Below are positions 61,189 to 64,000 of a stretch of DNA of 64,000 nucleotides, in pieces. The number at the start of each line of letters is the position of its first letter. The stretch's first letter is position 1. The position numbers were made by a program, and so were the translations under genes. The DNA lies in the NCBI GenBank assembly GCA_965221775.1, contig CBDCSU010000006.1, positions 1,408,001 through 1,472,000 on the forward strand. The letters are read 5' to 3'. The stretch is from Candidatus Latescibacterota bacterium (GTDB lineage Bacteria > Latescibacterota > UBA2968 > UBA8231). The notes under the pieces were generated by a model. The model made no database searches. It was not told the DNA's origin and saw only the letters and a program-made list of their open reading frames with translations.

Positions 61189-63666
61189 TCAGCCGGCTCC
61201 CTGGGACTTCTTCTCCCCGGCCTTGGCGGCGGCCGCCTCGGCCAGCTCGCCCTCCTCGTCGAAGACGAGGGCCTCTCCCTTCTTGGTGACGCGGATGCGG
61301 CTGCCCTCTCCGAAGCGCCCCTGGAGGATCTCTTCGGCGAGGGGGTCCTCGAGCAGCTTTTGCGCGGTGCGCCGCAGGTAGCGGGCGCCGTAGGTCTGGT
61401 CGAAGCCGTTCTCGGCGATGAGCCCCTTGGCGCCCGGCGTGACCCGCAACTGGATGTCGCGGTCGGCCAGCCGCGTCTTGTACTCGTCGAGGAAGATGTC
61501 GATGATCCGGGCGATGTCGTCGCGCGTGAGGGCGTGGAAGATGACGGTATCGTCGATGCGGTTGATGAACTCGGGGTTGAAGGTCTTCTTGAGGGAGTCG
61601 TTGATCTTCTCCTCCATGAGCGCCTGCATCGACTCCTCGTCGGACTTCTGGAAGCCGAAGACGCCGCCGGAGCCGACCTCGCGGGTGCCGACGTTGGAGG
61701 TCATGATGAGCACCGTGTTGCGGAAGTCGACCTTGCGCCCGGTGCTGTCGGTGAGCCGGCCCTCGTCGAGGATCTGCAGGAGGATGTTGAAGACGTCGGG
61801 GTGGGCCTTCTCCATCTCGTCGAGGAGCAGCACCGAGTAGGGCCGGCGCCGCACGCGCTCGGTGAGCTGGCCGCCCTCGTCGAAGCCGACATAGCCGGGA
61901 GGGGCGCCGATGAGCCGGGAGACGGAGAACTTCTCCATGTACTCGGACATGTCGACGGTGACGAGGGCCTCCTCGTCGCCGAAGAGGAACTCGGCGAGCT
62001 TGGCGGCCAGGTAGGTCTTGCCGACGCCCGTGGGGCCCAGGAAGAAGAAGGAACCGATGGGCCGCTTGGGATCCTGCAGGCCGGCGCGGCTGCGGCGGAT
62101 GGCGCGGGAGACGGTGGCGATGGCCTGCTCCTGCCCCACCACCTGCTTGCGCAACTCGTCCTCCATGGTGAGGAGACGCTCGCTCTCGCTGGCGGCGAGG
62201 CGCTGCATGGGCACGCCGCTGACCGAGGAGATGACCTCGGCGATGTCGTCCTCGGTGACCTCGACGACCTCGTTGCGGACCTCCTCCTCCCAGGAGCGCC
62301 GCTTCTGCTGGAGAGTCTCGCGCAGGGTGTGGGCCTTGTCGCGCAGACGGGCGGCCTCCTCGAACTCCTGCTTCTCGGAGTGGTCCATCTTGCTGCGGTC
62401 GATCTCCTGGATCTTCGCCTCCAGGCGGCCGATCTCGTCGGGGGGGCTGAGGCGGGAGAGGTGGACCCGGGAGCCGGTCTCGTCGATGACGTCGATCGCC
62501 TTGTCGGGCAGGTAGCGGTCGGAGATGTAGCGGTCGGACTGGCGCACGGCGAAGGCGACGACCTCGTCGGAGAAGGTGACGTGGTGGTGGCTCTCGTAGT
62601 TGGAGCGCAGGCCCTTGACGATCTCGACGGTGTCCTCCACCGAGGGCGGATCGACCATGATCGACTGGAAGCGGCGCTCGAGGGCGCCGTCCTTCTCTAT
62701 GTACTTGCGGTACTCGTCGAGAGTGGTGGCGCCGATGCACTGCAGCTCGCCCCGGGAGAGGGCGGGCTTGAACATGTTGGAGGCGTCGAGGGTGCCCTCG
62801 GCGCTGCCGGCGCCGACGATGGTGTGCAGCTCGTCGATGAAGATGACCACGTCGGGGGTCTGGTGGAGCTCGTTGAGGACGGCCTTGATGCGCTCCTCGA
62901 ACTGGCCCCGGTACTTGGTGCCGGCCACGACGCCGCCCATGTCGAGGGTGACCAGGCGCTTGTCGAGGAGGATCTGGGGCACGCGCTTCTCGACGATGCG
63001 CTGCGCCAGACCCTCGACGATGGCGGTCTTGCCGACGCCGGGGTCGCCGATGAGGATGGGGTTGTTCTTCTTGCGGCGGGAGAGGATCTGGGTGACGCGC
63101 TCGATCTCCTTCTCGCGGCCGATGACGGGATCCAGCTTGCCCTCGCGGGCGAGCTGGGTGAGGTCGCGGCCGAAGTGATCGAGGAAGGGGGTCTTGCTCT
63201 TCTTGCCCTTCTCTCTCTGCCCCGTGGTCTTGCCCTCCAGGACGGCCACCGTCTCTTCCATGGCCGTCTTGTAGTCGACGCCGAAGGCGGCGAGGATCTG
63301 GGCGGCGACGCCCTCCTTGTCCTTGAGCAGGGCGAGCAGGAGGTGCTCGACGTCGACGAACTGGGTCTTCATCTCCTTCGCCTCGTTGGCCGCGACCTCG
63401 AGGATCTGCTTGGCCCGCGGGGTGAAGGGAACCTCGCCGATGGTCATGGTGCCGCCGGAGGTGGCCACGTAGTCCTCCACCGACTGCTTCACCGTGTCGA
63501 GGTTGAGCCCCAAGTTGGTGAGGACGGTGACCGCCCGGCCCTTGCCCTCCTTGATGATGCCCAGCAGGAGGTGCTCGGTGCCGATGTAGTTGTGCCCGAG
63601 GCGCGCCGATTCCTCCCGGGCGAACTGCATGACCCGCTTAACGCCATCGGTGAACATGTTGTTCAT
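61189..63666 (-). CDS. clpC: ATP-dependent Clp protease ATPase ClpC
   Basis: Clp-N repeats ([12 protein letters not shown]), two AAA modules, UVR middle domain, ClpP-docking FGF loop. Confidence 0.95.
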   Translation of the reverse strand: MNNMFTDGVKRVMQFAREESARLGHNYIGTEHLLLGIIKEGKGRAVTVLTNLGLNLDTVKQSVEDYVATSGGTMTIGEVPFTPRAKQILEVAANEAKEMKTQFVDVEHLLLALLKDKEGVAAQILAAFGVDYKTAMEETVAVLEGKTTGQREKGKKSKTPFLDHFGRDLTQLAREGKLDPVIGREKEIERVTQILSRRKKNNPILIGDPGVGKTAIVEGLAQRIVEKRVPQILLDKRLVTLDMGGVVAGTKYRGQFEERIKAVLNELHQTPDVVIFIDELHTIVGAGSAEGTLDASNMFKPALSRGELQCIGATTLDEYRKYIEKDGALERRFQSIMVDPPSVEDTVEIVKGLRSNYESHHHVTFSDEVVAFAVRQSDRYISDRYLPDKAIDVIDETGSRVHLSRLSPPDEIGRLEAKIQEIDRSKMDHSEKQEFEEAARLRDKAHTLRETLQQKRRSWEEEVRNEVVEVTEDDIAEVISSVSGVPMQRLAASESERLLTMEDELRKQVVGQEQAIATVSRAIRRSRAGLQDPKRPIGSFFFLGPTGVGKTYLAAKLAEFLFGDEEALVTVDMSEYMEKFSVSRLIGAPPGYVGFDEGGQLTERVRRRPYSVLLLDEMEKAHPDVFNILLQILDEGRLTDSTGRKVDFRNTVLIMTSNVGTREVGSGGVFGFQKSDEESMQALMEEKINDSLKKTFNPEFINRIDDTVIFHALTRDDIARIIDIFLDEYKTRLADRDIQLRVTPGAKGLIAENGFDQTYGARYLRRTAQKLLEDPLAEEILQGRFGEGSRIRVTKKGEALVFDEEGELAEAAAAKAGEKKSQGAG

Positions 63667-63705
63667 TTACAACAACCTCCGGGGTTTGTCAGACGGTCGA
63701 AAGCC

Positions 63706-63734
63706 AAGCTACGGAGGGGTCCAATCGGTGTCAA
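63706..63734 (-). promoter_or_regulatory. Internal sigma-70-type promoter upstream of clpC
   Basis: TTGACA-17nt-TAGCTT; GGAGG RBS follows. Confidence 0.6.
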
Positions 63735-63757
63735 TGGTCCCCGGCCGGGGCCCCGGG

Positions 63758-64000
63758 TCAGGGTTTTCCGGCCTCCGCCATCCGGCGGCGGACGAGGTCG
63801 GCGCGGCGCATGTCGCGCTCCTCCGGCTCGAGATTGGAGCCGGCCTCGGCCCGCAGGTGGGAGGGCTGGGTGGCGATCATCAGGTGGTTGAGGAAGCTGG
63901 AGGTGACGCCGCCGACGAGGCCGAGGGTGCGGCCCAGGCGCACCGCCGACAGCAGGTTCATCAGCTCCTGGCTCGACAGGACGCGGGCGCTGCCGAGGAG
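63758..64000 (-). CDS. mcsB: Protein-arginine kinase McsB, C-terminal part (truncated by window edge)
   Basis: ARVLSSQELMNLLSAVRLG..TQPSHL..ERDMRRADLVR; immediately upstream of clpC. Confidence 0.85.
   Translation of the reverse strand, partial: LLGSARVLSSQELMNLLSAVRLGRTLGLVGGVTSSFLNHLMIATQPSHLRAEAGSNLEPEERDMRRADLVRRRMAEAGKP

Overview
High-GC bacterial chromosome segment, almost all coded on the minus strand. It comes from a diderm (BamA/Skp present). Gene content and a divergent 16S suggest an FCB-group candidate lineage, possibly Latescibacterota/PAUC34f-like (inference). Most of the window is housekeeping: clpB (partial), ppk2, metK, ptsI/ptsH, alaS, recX/recA, pgpA/pgsA, recR/dnaX, tadA, lysA, a Yej/Opp-like ABC importer, ilvE, rsmA, holB, tsaB, ruvCAB, yebC, an EF-G2 paralogue, an RhaI-type isomerase, pyrB, fabZ-skp-bamA, clpC and mcsB (partial). 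RNA genes are a complete 16S-tRNA-Ile-23S-5S operon, three further tRNAs and a long Alu-type SRP RNA. The best candidate for an undescribed system is a tightly coupled 8-gene plus-strand operon at ~19994-27174. It encodes a GlmL/MutL-like actin-fold ATPase with no B12 mutase nearby, a barrel-sandwich-repeat/KOW protein, an FN3-DUF6754-like protein and several uncharacterised membrane proteins. Other oddities: a tadA frame that runs through a whole tRNA-Ser gene, an archaeal-type GGGP synthase, a bamA-skp-fabZ run without lpxD/lpxA, a pgpA with no canonical start, a glycogenin-like GT8, and two uncharacterised outer-membrane barrels. No mobile elements or CRISPR arrays were seen. All family calls come from motif recognition by eye; no searches were run.
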